The notes: generated from the sequence alone by a model not told the origin. A stretch of DNA of 64,000 nt from Candidatus Palauibacter australiensis (GCA_026705295.1 JAPPBA010000072.1:1816-65815); one strand, 5' to 3'; counted from the first letter of the stretch, positions 8,488 through 18,962 are shown. Program-made: numbers and translations.

Positions 8488-9615
8488 ATGAGATTCTCGA
8501 TCACCCGAGAGGCACTCCAGACGGGGCTGGCGGCGAGCGCCGCCGCCGTCCCTACGCGAGCTGCTCTCCCGGTTCTCTCGAACATCCTGATCCATGCGGA
8601 GGACGATGCCGTCCGGCTCAGCGGCACGGACATGTCCATCTTCGTCTCGTTGTCGGTGCCGGCCGACATCTCCGAAGCGGGGGTCGTGGCACTGCCCGCG
8701 AGACAGCTCTTGGAAATCTCGCGCGTACTCGACGATGCACCCGTGAAGTTCGCGGCGGCGGGCGGAGATCGCGGCGCGGCCGCGACCGGGGTGGACATCG
8801 AGTGCGGCCGGAGCAAGTTCCGCCTTTACGGTCAGGCCCCGGACGAGTTCCCGGATTTCCCGGAGGTCGATTTCGCCGGTGGCTGGGAGATGTCCGCCGG
8901 CGAGCTGCAGACGCTGATCGAGCGGACGAGTTTTGCCGTTTCCACGGAGGACAGCCGACCGATTCTGAACGGGATTCTGTGGCAGTTGCGCGACGCGTCG
9001 ACGGTGATGGTCGCAACGAACGGCCACCGGCTCGCGAAGATGTCACGCGAGCTGGACGTCAGCGGGTCGCCGGCGGAGGTGGATCTCATCATTCCGCCCA
9101 AAGCGCTGAACCAGGTGCAGAAACTGTATCCGGCCGACACCGTGCTTCGGATCGCGCGCTCGGAGAACCACCTGGCTTTCCGGTCGGAGGATCGCGAGGT
9201 CTTCACTTCGCTCATTGAGGGGCCGTATCCGAACTACGAACAGGTCATCCCGAAGGACAACGACAAGGTTGCGACCTTGAACCGGGCGGCCCTTGAGACG
9301 GCGGTGCGGCGCGTCGCGGTAATGGCGGACGATTCGACGAGGCGGGTGCGGCTCTCCTTCAAGGCCGGCGACCTCGGGTTCAAGGTTCAGACACCGGACC
9401 TCGGGGAGGCCGAGGATGCGCTGTCGCTGGACTACGAGGGCGAGGACATCCAGATCGGTTTCAATGCGACGTACCTCCTCGAGGTGCTGCGTCACATGCC
9501 GGAGGAAGATGTTCGAATGACGTTCAAGGCGCCGGAACGAGCGGCGACCTTCTCTCCCGCGAGTGGCGAACCCGACTATCTCTGCCTCGTCATGCCGCTG
9601 CGCATCCTGGACTGA
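8488..9615 (+). CDS. dnaN: DNA polymerase III beta sliding clamp
   Basis: 375 aa, three-domain beta-clamp pattern (MRFSITREALQTGL...), located immediately downstream of dnaA. Confidence 0.92.
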   Translation: MRFSITREALQTGLAASAAAVPTRAALPVLSNILIHAEDDAVRLSGTDMSIFVSLSVPADISEAGVVALPARQLLEISRVLDDAPVKFAAAGGDRGAAATGVDIECGRSKFRLYGQAPDEFPDFPEVDFAGGWEMSAGELQTLIERTSFAVSTEDSRPILNGILWQLRDASTVMVATNGHRLAKMSRELDVSGSPAEVDLIIPPKALNQVQKLYPADTVLRIARSENHLAFRSEDREVFTSLIEGPYPNYEQVIPKDNDKVATLNRAALETAVRRVAVMADDSTRRVRLSFKAGDLGFKVQTPDLGEAEDALSLDYEGEDIQIGFNATYLLEVLRHMPEEDVRMTFKAPERAATFSPASGEPDYLCLVMPLRILD

Positions 9616-9632
9616 GCCGCGTCGCGAACCCG

Positions 9633-10394
9633 ATGGTGACGTGCGCGATGTGCGGGCACGCGAGCGCTGCGTTCGACCGGTGTCCATTCTGCGGAGCGGT
9701 CGCGGCCACATCCGGGGAAGAGCGCACGGGCGACGCGGCGGGCGCGGGAAAGGTCAACCTGCCGGCGTGGGAGGATCCGGCCGTGGCCTTCCCGCTGAAC
9801 TTCATCGAGACGTGGCGCCGGAGCGTGTTCGAGCCCGGCGCCTTCTTTGCCGACGGGCCCTTCGATCGCGCCGCGGTGCGCCCGGTCCTCTACTATCTCC
9901 TGGTCAGCGTCCTCGCAGCCGCGCTCTCGCTAACCTGGGGTGCGTTGTTGCCGACGACGCAACCGGGTCTCGTGGAGACGCTCGCCGAGATCATGAACGT
10001 CGCCCTGCCGGATGGTTCGGACACCGCCGGCTACATCGGCAGGCTGGCCGATTTCTTCCTCGCCCCCTTCTGGGCGGTCCTGTACCTCATCATCGCGAGT
10101 CTGGTCCTGCATGTGTTCGTGCTGATGCTGGTTCCCGGGCGTCGAAGCCTCACGGCAACGGTTCGCACCATCTGTTATGCATGCGGCCCCGGCGTATTCG
10201 CCGTCGTCCCGTTCATCGGCGGCTGGGTGGCCGGCATCTGGGGCGTCGTGCTCACCGTGATCGGCCTGCGCGAAGCGCACCGGACCACGACTGGAAGAGC
10301 CTTTGCGGCATGGCTGCTCGCCGCGGCCCTGCCGATCGCCTTCCTGCTGCTGGGGATCCTGCTCGTCATCGCCCGGGTGGCAAGCGGAATTTGA
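9633..10394 (+). CDS. Yip1-domain integral membrane protein with N-terminal zinc-ribbon (CxxC...CxxC)
   Basis: MVTCAMCGHASAAFDRCPFCG zinc ribbon followed by about 5 TM helices typical of the Yip1/DUF1282 family. Confidence 0.6.
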   Translation: MVTCAMCGHASAAFDRCPFCGAVAATSGEERTGDAAGAGKVNLPAWEDPAVAFPLNFIETWRRSVFEPGAFFADGPFDRAAVRPVLYYLLVSVLAAALSLTWGALLPTTQPGLVETLAEIMNVALPDGSDTAGYIGRLADFFLAPFWAVLYLIIASLVLHVFVLMLVPGRRSLTATVRTICYACGPGVFAVVPFIGGWVAGIWGVVLTVIGLREAHRTTTGRAFAAWLLAAALPIAFLLLGILLVIARVASGI

Positions 10395-11119
10395 GCGCCG
10401 CGATTCCGCGGCCGGCCGCGACCGTCGTCGTCGCGACGCAGGCGCGCTCCGGGGTGGAGTTCCTCCTGCTTCAGCGGCCTGGCGCCGCCAGGTTTGGAGC
10501 GGGGGCGTGGGCCTTTCCGGGCGGCGCGATCGACGCGGACGACGCTCGCGCGACGTGGGCGGACCGCCTCCCCGGTGTCGGCGAAGCCTCGGCGTGCGTG
10601 GCGGCGTTGCGGGAACTGTTCGAGGAAACGGGGATCATGCCGGCGCCGCTGCGCGGCATCGGATTGGACGACCTGGGCGAGGCCCGCCGGGCGCTGCTCG
10701 CGGAAGGCGCCCGATTCTCGCAGGTGGCGGAGCGTCTCGAGCTCGACTTTTCGTCCACGCGCATCGTGTACTTCGCCCGCTGGATCACGCCGCGCGGTGC
10801 GGCGCTGCGGTTCGACACCCGTTTCTTCCTCCTCTCGCTGGAGGAGCGACCGGGTCGCGTGCGTCTCACGCCGGAACACGAGGCGGCCATGTGGACGACG
10901 CCCGCCGCGGCCCTGCGGCGCTTCTCCGCTGGCCGGCTGCCCATGATGTTCCCGACGGCAAGGACGATCGAGCGCCTCGCCGGCTACCCGTCGCTCGAGG
11001 AGGCCATGAAGGCGCTCAGCGACGTGCATGTGGAGCCCGCGCTCGTCAGACTCAGCGTCGGTGAGGAGGGGGTGACGCCGCTCGCTCCCGGGGACCCCGG
11101 CTACGACGACGTCCAGTGA
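10391..11119 (+). CDS. Nudix hydrolase
   Basis: Nudix box GGAIDADDARATWADRLPGVGEASACVAALRELFEETGI (Gx5Ex7REUxEExGU). This is the real gene inside the composite track ORF 9563..11119. A TTG/GTG start near 10391 overlaps the preceding stop. Confidence 0.8.
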   Translation: MSAAIPRPAATVVVATQARSGVEFLLLQRPGAARFGAGAWAFPGGAIDADDARATWADRLPGVGEASACVAALRELFEETGIMPAPLRGIGLDDLGEARRALLAEGARFSQVAERLELDFSSTRIVYFARWITPRGAALRFDTRFFLLSLEERPGRVRLTPEHEAAMWTTPAAALRRFSAGRLPMMFPTARTIERLAGYPSLEEAMKALSDVHVEPALVRLSVGEEGVTPLAPGDPGYDDVQ

Positions 11120-11925
11120 CCTCCGGTGTCGCGTCCCGGAACCACGTCGCCCGTCACGGACCGAGCATCACGGCGGTTCGCGCCGACAACCCGGGCCCCC
11201 TCACTCTGACCGGTACGCAGACGTACGTGATCGGAAGCGGGCCGCTGATCGTTCTGGACCCCGGGCCGCAGGACGAAGCGCACCTCGGCCGCGTCGATGA
11301 CGTGATCGCGGGAAGACCCGTGGCGGCGGTCTGTCTGACGCACGCACACGCGGACCACGCGGCGTCCGCGGCGGACGCCGCCGCCCGCTGGGGCGAACTC
11401 CGCGCCTCCTCCGCCACCCTCGACCTCGTGGAGTTGCCGGGCCGAGCGGTGGCGGATGACGAGGCTCTGGAGCTCGGAGGGGGGTTCCGCCTGAGGGCGA
11501 TCGCGACGCCCGGTCATTCCGCGGACCACTTTTGCTACCTGCTCGAGCCCTCGCGCGCCCTCTTCACGGGGGACCTCGTACTCGGAGAAGGGAGTACCAT
11601 GATCGCCCACCCGGACGGGTCCGTGGAGGCCTACCTCGCGAGTCTCGCGCGCCTCACGTCCTTCCGTCCCGAGCGCCTGCTCCCGGGACACGGTCCACCC
11701 GTCGACGACGCGCTCGCGCGCCTCGAAGAATGCCGCACGCACCGGCTGCGGCGGGTGGCGTCCGTTCGACGGGCGCTGGAGGCCGGCGCCCGGACCCCGG
11801 CGCGGATCCGGGCCGCGGTCTACGGGGATCTTCCCGCCTCGCACCACGCGGCGGCGCATCTTACGATCCGCGCCTACCTCGCCTTTCTCGGGGAGATGTC
11901 CTCATCGATCAGCCGCCGGAGATAG
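11116..11925 (+). CDS. MBL-fold metallo-hydrolase
   Basis: Metallo-beta-lactamase motif CLTHAHADH plus downstream GHSADH and GHG motifs. Confidence 0.8.
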   Translation: MTSGVASRNHVARHGPSITAVRADNPGPLTLTGTQTYVIGSGPLIVLDPGPQDEAHLGRVDDVIAGRPVAAVCLTHAHADHAASAADAAARWGELRASSATLDLVELPGRAVADDEALELGGGFRLRAIATPGHSADHFCYLLEPSRALFTGDLVLGEGSTMIAHPDGSVEAYLASLARLTSFRPERLLPGHGPPVDDALARLEECRTHRLRRVASVRRALEAGARTPARIRAAVYGDLPASHHAAAHLTIRAYLAFLGEMSSSISRRR

Positions 11926-12968
11926 GCGGGAAACGCGAGATCGCCGAATTCCGCGGGGCCCACCCAGCGGTGCGGCCGCCGCCGCGCGACGTCACCGGAT
12001 CGCCACCGGGCCCGGTGCACCGCGAGCCGCAGGCGGAAGTGGCTGAACGTATGCCGCAGCTCGCGAATCTCCTCGCCCACGCGACAGTCGAGACCGAACC
12101 GCTCCCGGAGGGCTCTCGCGAGCGCCGCGGCGGGAGGGGTCGGAGGCGACAGCGCGACGGAAGGGAAGTCCCACAGACCGCCGAGGAGCCCGTCCGACGG
12201 TCGCCGCAGCACGAGTACCCGCCCGTCGCGGCGGACCACGGCTGCCGCCTCGACCCGCTCGGGCGATCGAACGCCCCGCTTCCTCGGGGGCCGCTGCCCG
12301 ATCGTGCCCCGTCGCAGCGCCAGACATCGACTCGATAGCGGGCACGCTCCGCACCGCGGGCGGCGCGGCGTACAGACCGCGCTCCCAACGTCCATCAGCG
12401 CCTGGTTCACATCGCCGGGCCGCTCCGAGGCCTCGCCGAGGAGGGTCCGCGCGGCCCGGTCAAGCTCGGCGGGGGAGGCCGTCTCGAGATCGCCCAGGCG
12501 CGACAAGACGCGACGTGCGTTCCCATCGACCGCGGGTTCCGGCAGCCCGAACGCGACGCTGGCTACGGCGCCGGCCGTGTACGGGCCCACTCCCGGAAGC
12601 GTCAGCAGCTCCGAGATGGCCCGCGGGATCCGTCCGCCGTACTCCGATACCACGCGCTGCGCCGCCCGCCGCAGGTTGCGGGCGCGCGCGTAGTAACCCA
12701 ATCCCTCCCAGAGGCCGAGGACCTCGTCCTCTTCCGCTTCCGCGAGCGTCTGCACGTCGGGAAAGCGATCCATGAACCGCCGATGGTACGGCGCCGCCGT
12801 CTCCACGCGGGTCTGCTGGGCCATGACCTCGGCCACGAGGATCGCATAGGGGTCGCGCTCTCCGCGCCACGCGACGTCGTCCCGCCGCCGCGCGTCGAAC
12901 CACTCCAGCAGCGATGCCGCCACCGCGGACGCCTCCCGGTCAGGGCGTGGCTTCGGGGAAGACGCCAT
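11874..12968 (-). CDS. mutY: A/G-specific adenine DNA glycosylase MutY
   Basis: HhH-GPD glycosylase domain (LPGVGPYTAGAVASVAFG), 4Fe-4S loop CTPRRPRCGACPLSSRC and a C-terminal Nudix-like domain. Confidence 0.9.
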   Translation of the reverse strand: MASSPKPRPDREASAVAASLLEWFDARRRDDVAWRGERDPYAILVAEVMAQQTRVETAAPYHRRFMDRFPDVQTLAEAEEDEVLGLWEGLGYYARARNLRRAAQRVVSEYGGRIPRAISELLTLPGVGPYTAGAVASVAFGLPEPAVDGNARRVLSRLGDLETASPAELDRAARTLLGEASERPGDVNQALMDVGSAVCTPRRPRCGACPLSSRCLALRRGTIGQRPPRKRGVRSPERVEAAAVVRRDGRVLVLRRPSDGLLGGLWDFPSVALSPPTPPAAALARALRERFGLDCRVGEEIRELRHTFSHFRLRLAVHRARWRSGDVARRRPHRWVGPAEFGDLAFPAYLRRLIDEDISPRKAR

Positions 12969-13743
12969 CGAAGATGAACACCGCCGGCCCGCTGAGGCGG
13001 ATCCGTCCCGCCTCGAGGAACTCCACCGTCAACGCGGCCCCGGAGCGGACGAGGAACTCGACCCGGTCCCCGGCCTCGCCCGCGGCCCGGAGTGCGAACG
13101 CCACCGCCATGCAGCCGCTGCCGCAGGCGAGCGTCTCTCCTTCCACGCCCCGTTCGAAGGTGCGGATGACCGTCGTCCCTCCGTCGCGGGCAACAAGGTG
13201 CACGTTCGCTCCTCCCGGGCCGACATCCTCCCGCCACCGCAGCGGTCGGCAGAGATCGTCGAAGTCCTCCACATCCACGGACGCGACGGGGACCACGAGG
13301 TGCGCCGTCCCCATCCGCACCAGCCAGGCGTCCCGTTCCCCCTGCGGCCCGCGTCCGACGGGCACGCGCATTTCGCGTTCCACGCGGGCGTCGAGCGCGT
13401 ACTCCAGCGCCACTCCGTCTTCCCGCACCCGCGCCAGGATCTCACCGTCGTCCGTCGCGAGGATGTGGTCGGGGGGCACGAGCCCCCGGTCCACCGCGTA
13501 GCGCGCCGCGCAACGCGACCCGTTCCCGCAGGTTGAAAACTCGGAGCCGTCGCGATTGAAGAACCGGAGGCGGACGACCTCTTCGCTCAGGCTGCGGACC
13601 GTGATCAACCCATCCACGCCGACGCCCGTCGCGCGGGGGCACAGCGTGGCGGCCAGGGCCCCCGCATCCCGGAGCCCCAGTTCTTCGCCGCGCACGATAA
13701 CGAAGTCGTTGCCGGCTCCGGTGTATTTGCTGAATAACGACAT
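12940..13743 (-). CDS. dapF: Diaminopimelate epimerase
   Basis: MSLFSKYTGAGNDFVIV... with the catalytic Cys motif FFNRDGSEFSTCGNGSRCAARYA; 267 aa. Confidence 0.92.
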   Translation of the reverse strand: MSLFSKYTGAGNDFVIVRGEELGLRDAGALAATLCPRATGVGVDGLITVRSLSEEVVRLRFFNRDGSEFSTCGNGSRCAARYAVDRGLVPPDHILATDDGEILARVREDGVALEYALDARVEREMRVPVGRGPQGERDAWLVRMGTAHLVVPVASVDVEDFDDLCRPLRWREDVGPGGANVHLVARDGGTTVIRTFERGVEGETLACGSGCMAVAFALRAAGEAGDRVEFLVRSGAALTVEFLEAGRIRLSGPAVFIFDGVFPEATP

Positions 13744-13762
13744 TCTCAGAGGGGAGGGGGGA

Positions 13763-13803
13763 TGAAAAGGAAGCCGGCCGCGAGCGTGAAACCCGCGGCC
13801 GGC
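13763..13803 (-). terminator. Intrinsic terminator / attenuator hairpin in the dapF leader (10-bp GC stem, 11-nt loop, U-rich tail on minus strand)
   Basis: Minus strand reads GCCGGCCGCG-GGUUUCACGCU-CGCGGCCGGC followed by UUCCUUUUCAU, 20 nt upstream of the dapF RBS/ATG. Confidence 0.6.
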
Positions 13804-13899
13804 TCTTGTCTCAACCGAAACCTGACTCGACGCGACGCCGGCGAGGCACCGCAGCTTTCAGGTCGGCGCATGTCTCGAGCGCCACCGGTTCAGGACCGG

Positions 13900-13965
13900 T
13901 TACGCTGCCTCGAGGCGATCGCTTGCCCGTGCCGAGTCAGACCCGGTTCTACATCCTGCAGACAC
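13900..13965 (-). CDS. Putative 21-codon leader ORF preceded by a perfect Shine-Dalgarno (AAGGAGGTGATC, complementary to the 16S 3' end)
   Basis: Minus strand: AAGGAGGTGATCtaGTG TCT GCA GGA TGT AGA ... GCA GCG TAA gives MSAGCRTGSDSARASDRLEAA. SD-start spacing is ideal. Coding status is unproven. Confidence 0.3.
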   Translation of the reverse strand: MSAGCRTGSDSARASDRLEAA

Positions 13966-14119
13966 TAGATCACCTCCTTCCAAAGGGTTCACGGACAGGG
14001 CACGAAAAACACCTGCTGTGCGCCATGATGCCGTGCGCTCGCCCGTGCGGCAAGTTTTTTTGCCTTGCTAGCCCCGCCACCTTGCGTGAGAATCAGGCCG
14101 GCCAGACGGCGAGGAGGAG

Positions 14120-14797
14120 ATGACGGACAGCCAAGAGAGGGCGTTGTCGCCGGAGGAGCGGCAGGCGACGGTGGACCGTCTCTGCGCACACTTCGCGCGC
14201 GACGCCATGAATACGACCGAACTGGAGCGCCGGCTGGACATCGCGTACGCCGCGCGTACCCGGGCGGAACTGGCAGCGCTCGAGCGAGACCTGCCCGCAC
14301 TCCGGAGCGAAACCCGCCCGGCGGTACCCGAGCCCTCGCCGGCCGCCTCCGTGCCGGTGGATCCGGCGCGACCCGTCCAGGAGCACGACCTCATCGTCTC
14401 GATCTGGGGAGCGACCGAGCGCAAGGGCAGTTGGGTTCCTCCCCGCCAGCTCACCGCCGTCACCGTGATGGGAGGTACGGATCTCGATTTTCGGCAGGCG
14501 GCGTTCGCGACCGAGACGGTCTCCGTCCGCCTCCTCGCGCTCATGGGAGGCGTGGACATCGTCGTCCCTCCGGGGGTCCGCGTCGAGTGGGGCGGCATCG
14601 CGCTCATGGGGGGCGTGACGATGCCCGAGCCCGTCACGCCGCCGGCCCGGGATGCGCCCGTCATCCGCCTCAGCGGTCTCGTCTGCATGGGAGGGGTCGA
14701 CGTCGTCGAGCGACACCCGGGCGAGAGCGCGAGGGACGCGCGGAAGCGGATCAGAAAGGATCGCAAAGCCCGGCGGAGACTCGCTTCGGGCGACTAG
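14120..14797 (+). CDS. DUF1707 / LiaF-like (cell-wall stress response) domain protein
   Basis: N-terminal DUF1707-like segment (ERQATVDRLCAHFARDAMNTTELERRLDIAYAARTRAELAALERDL) and C-terminal repeats GGTDLDF / GGVDIVVPPGVRV / GGVDVV typical of the LiaF/YvqF C-terminal domain. Confidence 0.6.
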   Translation: MTDSQERALSPEERQATVDRLCAHFARDAMNTTELERRLDIAYAARTRAELAALERDLPALRSETRPAVPEPSPAASVPVDPARPVQEHDLIVSIWGATERKGSWVPPRQLTAVTVMGGTDLDFRQAAFATETVSVRLLALMGGVDIVVPPGVRVEWGGIALMGGVTMPEPVTPPARDAPVIRLSGLVCMGGVDVVERHPGESARDARKRIRKDRKARRRLASGD

Positions 14798-14821
14798 TGT
14801 CGACACGGGTGTCGGCGTTGC

Positions 14822-14851
14822 TTGACGCCCGGCTCGCGGCTCGGATATAGT
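14822..14851 (+). promoter_or_regulatory. Putative sigma-70 promoter for gcvH-gcvP (-35 TTGACG, 18 bp spacer, -10 TATAGT)
   Basis: TTGACGcccggctcgcggctcggaTATAGT, 53 bp upstream of the gcvH ATG. Confidence 0.5.
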
Positions 14852-14903
14852 CCCCACGCCGCCACCCCCAGAGACGCTCGATCCGAAGCAAGGCAAGGTA
14901 CGC

Positions 14904-15305
14904 ATGTCGGACATTCCGGAAGACCTCAGATACACGCCCGAGCACGAATACGTGCGGGAAACCGACGTCGACGGCGAGGTCTTGATCGGGATCACGGACT
15001 ACGCTCAGGGCGAACTGGGCGATGTGGTCTACGTCGAACTCCCCGCGCCCGGCGAAGAGTTCGGGCAGATGGAAGCGTTCGGGACCGTCGAGGCCGTGAA
15101 GACCGTCTCCGAACTCTTCTGTCCCGCGGCGGGCCAGATCGTGGCGGTGAACGACGCGCTGGAGGCCGACCCCGGTCTCGTGAACAGCGATCCCTACGGT
15201 GAAGGATGGATGATCCGGCTCGAGCTGGAGTCGCCCGACGACTTCAACGAGCTACTCACCTCCGAACAGTACGCCACCCTCGTCGCCGATGCGGACGAGG
15301 TCTGA
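14904..15305 (+). CDS. gcvH: Glycine cleavage system H protein
   Basis: 133 aa; lipoyl-lysine region [15 protein letters not shown] and N-terminal [10 protein letters not shown]...IGITDYAQ. Confidence 0.93.
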   Translation: MSDIPEDLRYTPEHEYVRETDVDGEVLIGITDYAQGELGDVVYVELPAPGEEFGQMEAFGTVEAVKTVSELFCPAAGQIVAVNDALEADPGLVNSDPYGEGWMIRLELESPDDFNELLTSEQYATLVADADEV

Positions 15306-18228
15306 CGGCCCGCTCCTGAACATGCAACTGGAGATGGAGCCGGTCGGCGAGTTCGCCGGGCGCCACATAGGACTGGCGCCCTCTGACGTCGGTCCGATGC
15401 TGGAGGCGACCGGCGCGAAAAGCCTGAGCGAACTCGTCGAGGAAACCGTGCCCGAACCCATCCGCCTGGGTCGCGACCTCGACCTGCCGGACGCGATCAG
15501 CGAGAGAAGGCTGCTCGATCGCGCGGCCGAACTCGCGCGCCTCAATCGCCCTTTCCGTTCCTATCTCGGTCTGGGGTATCACGGGACCCTGACACCCGGC
15601 GTGATCCTCCGGAACATCATGGAGAACCCCGGCTGGTATACACAGTATACGCCCTATCAGGCCGAGATCTCGCAGGGGCGCCTCGAAGCCCTGCTCAACT
15701 TCCAGACGATGGTCATCGACCTCACGGGGCTTCCGATCGCGAACGCCTCGCTCCTGGACGAGGGAACTGCCGCCGCGGAGGCGATGCTCATGCTCTGGGG
15801 CAGCAAGGGGAGCGGCGACCGCAACGTCTTCCTCGTCTCCGAGGCCTGCCACCCCCAGACCGTCGCCGTCGTCCGCGGCCGCGCCCGGCCGCTCGGAATC
15901 CAGGTCCGGCTCTTCCAGCACGGCGACATCGCGGCGCACGATCCGGACGACGCCTTCGGCGCGCTCCTGCAGTACCCGACCACGGAAGGCGCGGTGCTCG
16001 ACTATCGCGGTCTCTGCGACGCCCTTCACGAGCACGGGGCCGGAGTCGTGGTCGCGGCGGATCTCCTCGCCCTCGCCCTGCTCGTGCCGCCGGGCGAGTT
16101 CGGCGCGGACATCGCGGTCGGCAACTCCCAGCGGTTCGGCGTGCCCATGGGTTACGGCGGGCCGCATGCCGCCTACCTCGCGGCCACGGACGCGTTCAAG
16201 CGCAAGCTGCCTGGGCGGATCATCGGAGTCTCGGTCGACGCGGACGGGAACCCGGCCCTCCGAATGGCCCTGCAGACGCGCGAACAGCACATCCGTCGGG
16301 AGAAGGCGACCTCGAACATCTGCACCGCGCAGGTGCTGCTCGCGATCATGGCCGGGATGTACGCCGTGTATCACGGTCCGGAGGGCATCCACGCCATTGC
16401 GACCCGCGTCCGCAAGTTGACGTGGACCCTCGCTCACGGACTCGACCGGCTCGGGCACACGATCGTTCACGAGCAGTTCTTCGACACGCTGCAGGTCATT
16501 CCCTCGGGCTTCACTTCCGCCGACATTCTCGCCAGGGCACGCGAACGCGGCATCAACCTCCGCGACTTCGAGGATGGGACGGTCGGGATCGCCCTCGACG
16601 AGACGGTGCGGGGGGGGGATCTCGAGGACCTGTTCGCGGTGTTCGGCGGGGAGGACGGGCCGGAACTCCGCGTCGGAGAGGTCGCCACGGACATCCCGGA
16701 GCCCGTCTATCCCGCGGAACTCGCGCGTACCTCGAACTACCTCGAGCACGCGGTCTTCAACCGGTACCGTTCCGAGACCGAGATGCTGCGCTACATCCAT
16801 CGGCTCGAAACGCGGGACCTGTCGCTGAACACGAGCATGATCCCGCTCGGATCCTGCACGATGAAGCTCAACGCGACATCGGAGATGATCCCCGTCACCT
16901 GGCCGGAGTTCGGGTCGCTGCACCCGTTCGCCCCCGTTGACCAGGCAGAGGGGTATCGGCGCCTGTTCGACGAACTGGAGCGGTGGCTGTGCGAGATGAG
17001 CGGGCTGCCCGCCTGCTCGCTGCAGCCGAACTCGGGGGCCCAGGGCGAATACACCGGCCTGCTCGTCATCGCGGCCCGACACGAGGACCAGGGCGAAGGA
17101 GCCCGGGACGTGTGCCTCATCCCGTCGTCGGCGCACGGGACGAACCCCGCGAGCGCGGTCATGGCCGGGATGAAGGTTGTCGTCGTCCGCTGCGACGAGA
17201 ACGGGAACATCGATGTCGAGGATCTGCGCGCCAAGGCTGCGAAGCATGCTGACCGGCTCGCGGCGACGATGATCACCTATCCCTCCACCCACGGCGTGTT
17301 CGAGTCGGCCATCCGGGAGGTGACGGACATCGTCCACGAGCACGGCGGACTCGTGTACCTCGATGGCGCCAACCTCAACGCCCAGGTCGGCCTCTGCCGG
17401 CCCGGCGACTACGGCGCGGACGTCATCCACATCAACCTCCACAAGACGTTCGCCATTCCGCACGGGGGCGGCGGTCCCGGGATGGGTCCGATCTGCGTCA
17501 CCGACGAACTTGCGCCCTACCTGCCGGGACACCCGCTCGTCGATGTCGGTGGCGACGCCGCGATCCCGGCTGTCTCGGCGGCGCCGTGGGGAAGCGCCTC
17601 GATTCTGCTCATCTCCTGGGCCTACATCGCCATGCTCGGCCGCGACGGCGTGCGCGCGGCGACCGAGGCGGCCGTCCTGAACGCGAACTACATGGCCAGC
17701 CTCCTCAGCGAGCACTTCAACGTCCTCTACCGTGGCGAGCACGGGCGGGTCGCGCACGAGTTCATCCTCGATCTGCGTCCGCTCAGGCGGGGGACAGGCG
17801 TGACGGACGAGGATGTCGCGAAGCGGCTCATGGACTACGGATTCCACGCGCCCACGATGTCCTTCCCCGTCGCGGGCACGATCATGATCGAGCCCACGGA
17901 GAGCGAGTCGAAGCGGGAACTGGACCGGCTGGTCCACGCCCTGGTCTCGATCCGCGAGGAGATTCGGAGGATCGCGGAGGGGACGCTGGATGCGAAGGAC
18001 AATCCGCTGAAGAACGCGCCCCACACCGCGGAGATGGTGACAGCCGATGCATGGGATCACGCCTACACAAGGCGGGAAGCCGCTTGGCCGGCGCCTTCGA
18101 CCCGGGAGTGGAAGTTCTGGCCGCCCGTGCGCCGCGTGAACAACGCGTACGGGGATCGAAACCTCATCTGCGCGTGTCCGCCGATCGAGAGCTACGAAGC
18201 CGAGGCTGCCGACGCAGCGGCGGGATAG
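15289..18228 (+). CDS. gcvP: Glycine dehydrogenase (decarboxylating), single-chain P protein (true start probably MQLEMEPV at about 15322)
   Basis: 979 aa with conserved GcvP blocks ([29 protein letters not shown]...; [12 protein letters not shown]). The PLP-lysine region is present. Confidence 0.93.
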   Translation: MRTRSDGPLLNMQLEMEPVGEFAGRHIGLAPSDVGPMLEATGAKSLSELVEETVPEPIRLGRDLDLPDAISERRLLDRAAELARLNRPFRSYLGLGYHGTLTPGVILRNIMENPGWYTQYTPYQAEISQGRLEALLNFQTMVIDLTGLPIANASLLDEGTAAAEAMLMLWGSKGSGDRNVFLVSEACHPQTVAVVRGRARPLGIQVRLFQHGDIAAHDPDDAFGALLQYPTTEGAVLDYRGLCDALHEHGAGVVVAADLLALALLVPPGEFGADIAVGNSQRFGVPMGYGGPHAAYLAATDAFKRKLPGRIIGVSVDADGNPALRMALQTREQHIRREKATSNICTAQVLLAIMAGMYAVYHGPEGIHAIATRVRKLTWTLAHGLDRLGHTIVHEQFFDTLQVIPSGFTSADILARARERGINLRDFEDGTVGIALDETVRGGDLEDLFAVFGGEDGPELRVGEVATDIPEPVYPAELARTSNYLEHAVFNRYRSETEMLRYIHRLETRDLSLNTSMIPLGSCTMKLNATSEMIPVTWPEFGSLHPFAPVDQAEGYRRLFDELERWLCEMSGLPACSLQPNSGAQGEYTGLLVIAARHEDQGEGARDVCLIPSSAHGTNPASAVMAGMKVVVVRCDENGNIDVEDLRAKAAKHADRLAATMITYPSTHGVFESAIREVTDIVHEHGGLVYLDGANLNAQVGLCRPGDYGADVIHINLHKTFAIPHGGGGPGMGPICVTDELAPYLPGHPLVDVGGDAAIPAVSAAPWGSASILLISWAYIAMLGRDGVRAATEAAVLNANYMASLLSEHFNVLYRGEHGRVAHEFILDLRPLRRGTGVTDEDVAKRLMDYGFHAPTMSFPVAGTIMIEPTESESKRELDRLVHALVSIREEIRRIAEGTLDAKDNPLKNAPHTAEMVTADAWDHAYTRREAAWPAPSTREWKFWPPVRRVNNAYGDRNLICACPPIESYEAEAADAAAG

Positions 18229-18270
18229 GCGCACCGGCACAGAGGCGCACCGGAACAGGAGAGAAGCGGA

Positions 18271-18962
18271 TGGCACGACTCGTCTTTCACGGCCAGAGCT
18301 GCTACGAGATCGAAACGGCGGACGGCACGCGGATCCTCATCGACCCGTTTCTGACCGGGAACCCCGTGGCGGACGTCGGACCGGAGCACTTCACCGATCG
18401 CCTCGACTATCTCCTCCTCACGCACGGGCACGGCGACCACATCGCGGACGCCTGGGACATCCTCGAGGCGACGAACGCGCAGCTCATCGCCACGTACGAG
18501 ATCGTGTCGTACGCCGGGGAGGTGCAGGGGCACGCGAACGCCCACCCCATGCACATCGGCGGCGCCCACGAGTTCCCGTTCGGGCGCGTCAAGCTCACCG
18601 TGGCCCTCCACGGCGGGAAGATCGACGCGCCGGGCGCGGAGGCGTACACGACGACGCCCGCCGGCATCCTCCTCACCGTGGACGGCACCCGCGTCTACCA
18701 CGCCGGCGATACGGGGCTCACGCGCGACATGGAGCTGCTGAACGGTGAGGTTGATGTGGCGCTGGTGCCCATCGGCGACAACTTCACGATGGGCCCGGAA
18801 GACGCCGCGCGCGCGATAGGGATGATCGAACCCCGCATCGCCGTTCCGAACCACTACGGCACGTGGGAGTTGATCGACGTCGATCCGGCCCGCTTCGTGG
18901 ACGCCGTCGGCGACACGGCCGAGGTCGTGATCCTTGAGCCCGGAGAGGCTCTGGAGTTGTGA
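18271..18962 (+). CDS. UPF0173-type metal-dependent hydrolase (MBL fold)
   Basis: MARLVFHGQSCYEIETADGTRILIDPFLTGNP...LLLTHGHGDHIADAW; 230 aa. Confidence 0.75.

Noticed and set aside
9563-11119. 518-aa composite ORF
   Set aside because: Only the last about 240 codons (from about 10391) encode a coherent Nudix protein. The upstream part overlaps the Yip1-like gene in another frame and is Arg/Gly-rich noise.
13806-14123. Plus-strand ORFs 13762..13968 and 13806..14123 in the dapF/DUF1707 intergenic region; also considered SRP RNA, 6S RNA and lysine riboswitch identities for the region
   Set aside because: The plus-strand ORFs have no convincing RBS and an Arg-rich composition. The conserved SRP domain IV (GGUCCGGAAGGAAGCAGCC) and L-box (AGAGGCGC ... 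GCCGAAGGGG) motifs are not present. The region is reported as an unclassified structured leader instead.
14798-14903. Possible glycine riboswitch upstream of gcvH (CCGAAGCAAGGCAAGG resembles the CCGAAGGGGCAA core)
   Set aside because: The leader after the predicted promoter is only about 50 nt, which is too short for even a single glycine aptamer, and the flanking conserved GGAGAG/CUCUGGAGAG elements are absent.
15256-18276. 1006-aa ORF on the minus strand
   Set aside because: It lies entirely antisense to gcvP, which has unmistakable glycine dehydrogenase motifs. The ORF has an Arg/Gly/Asp-rich composition typical of antisense frames in high-GC DNA.
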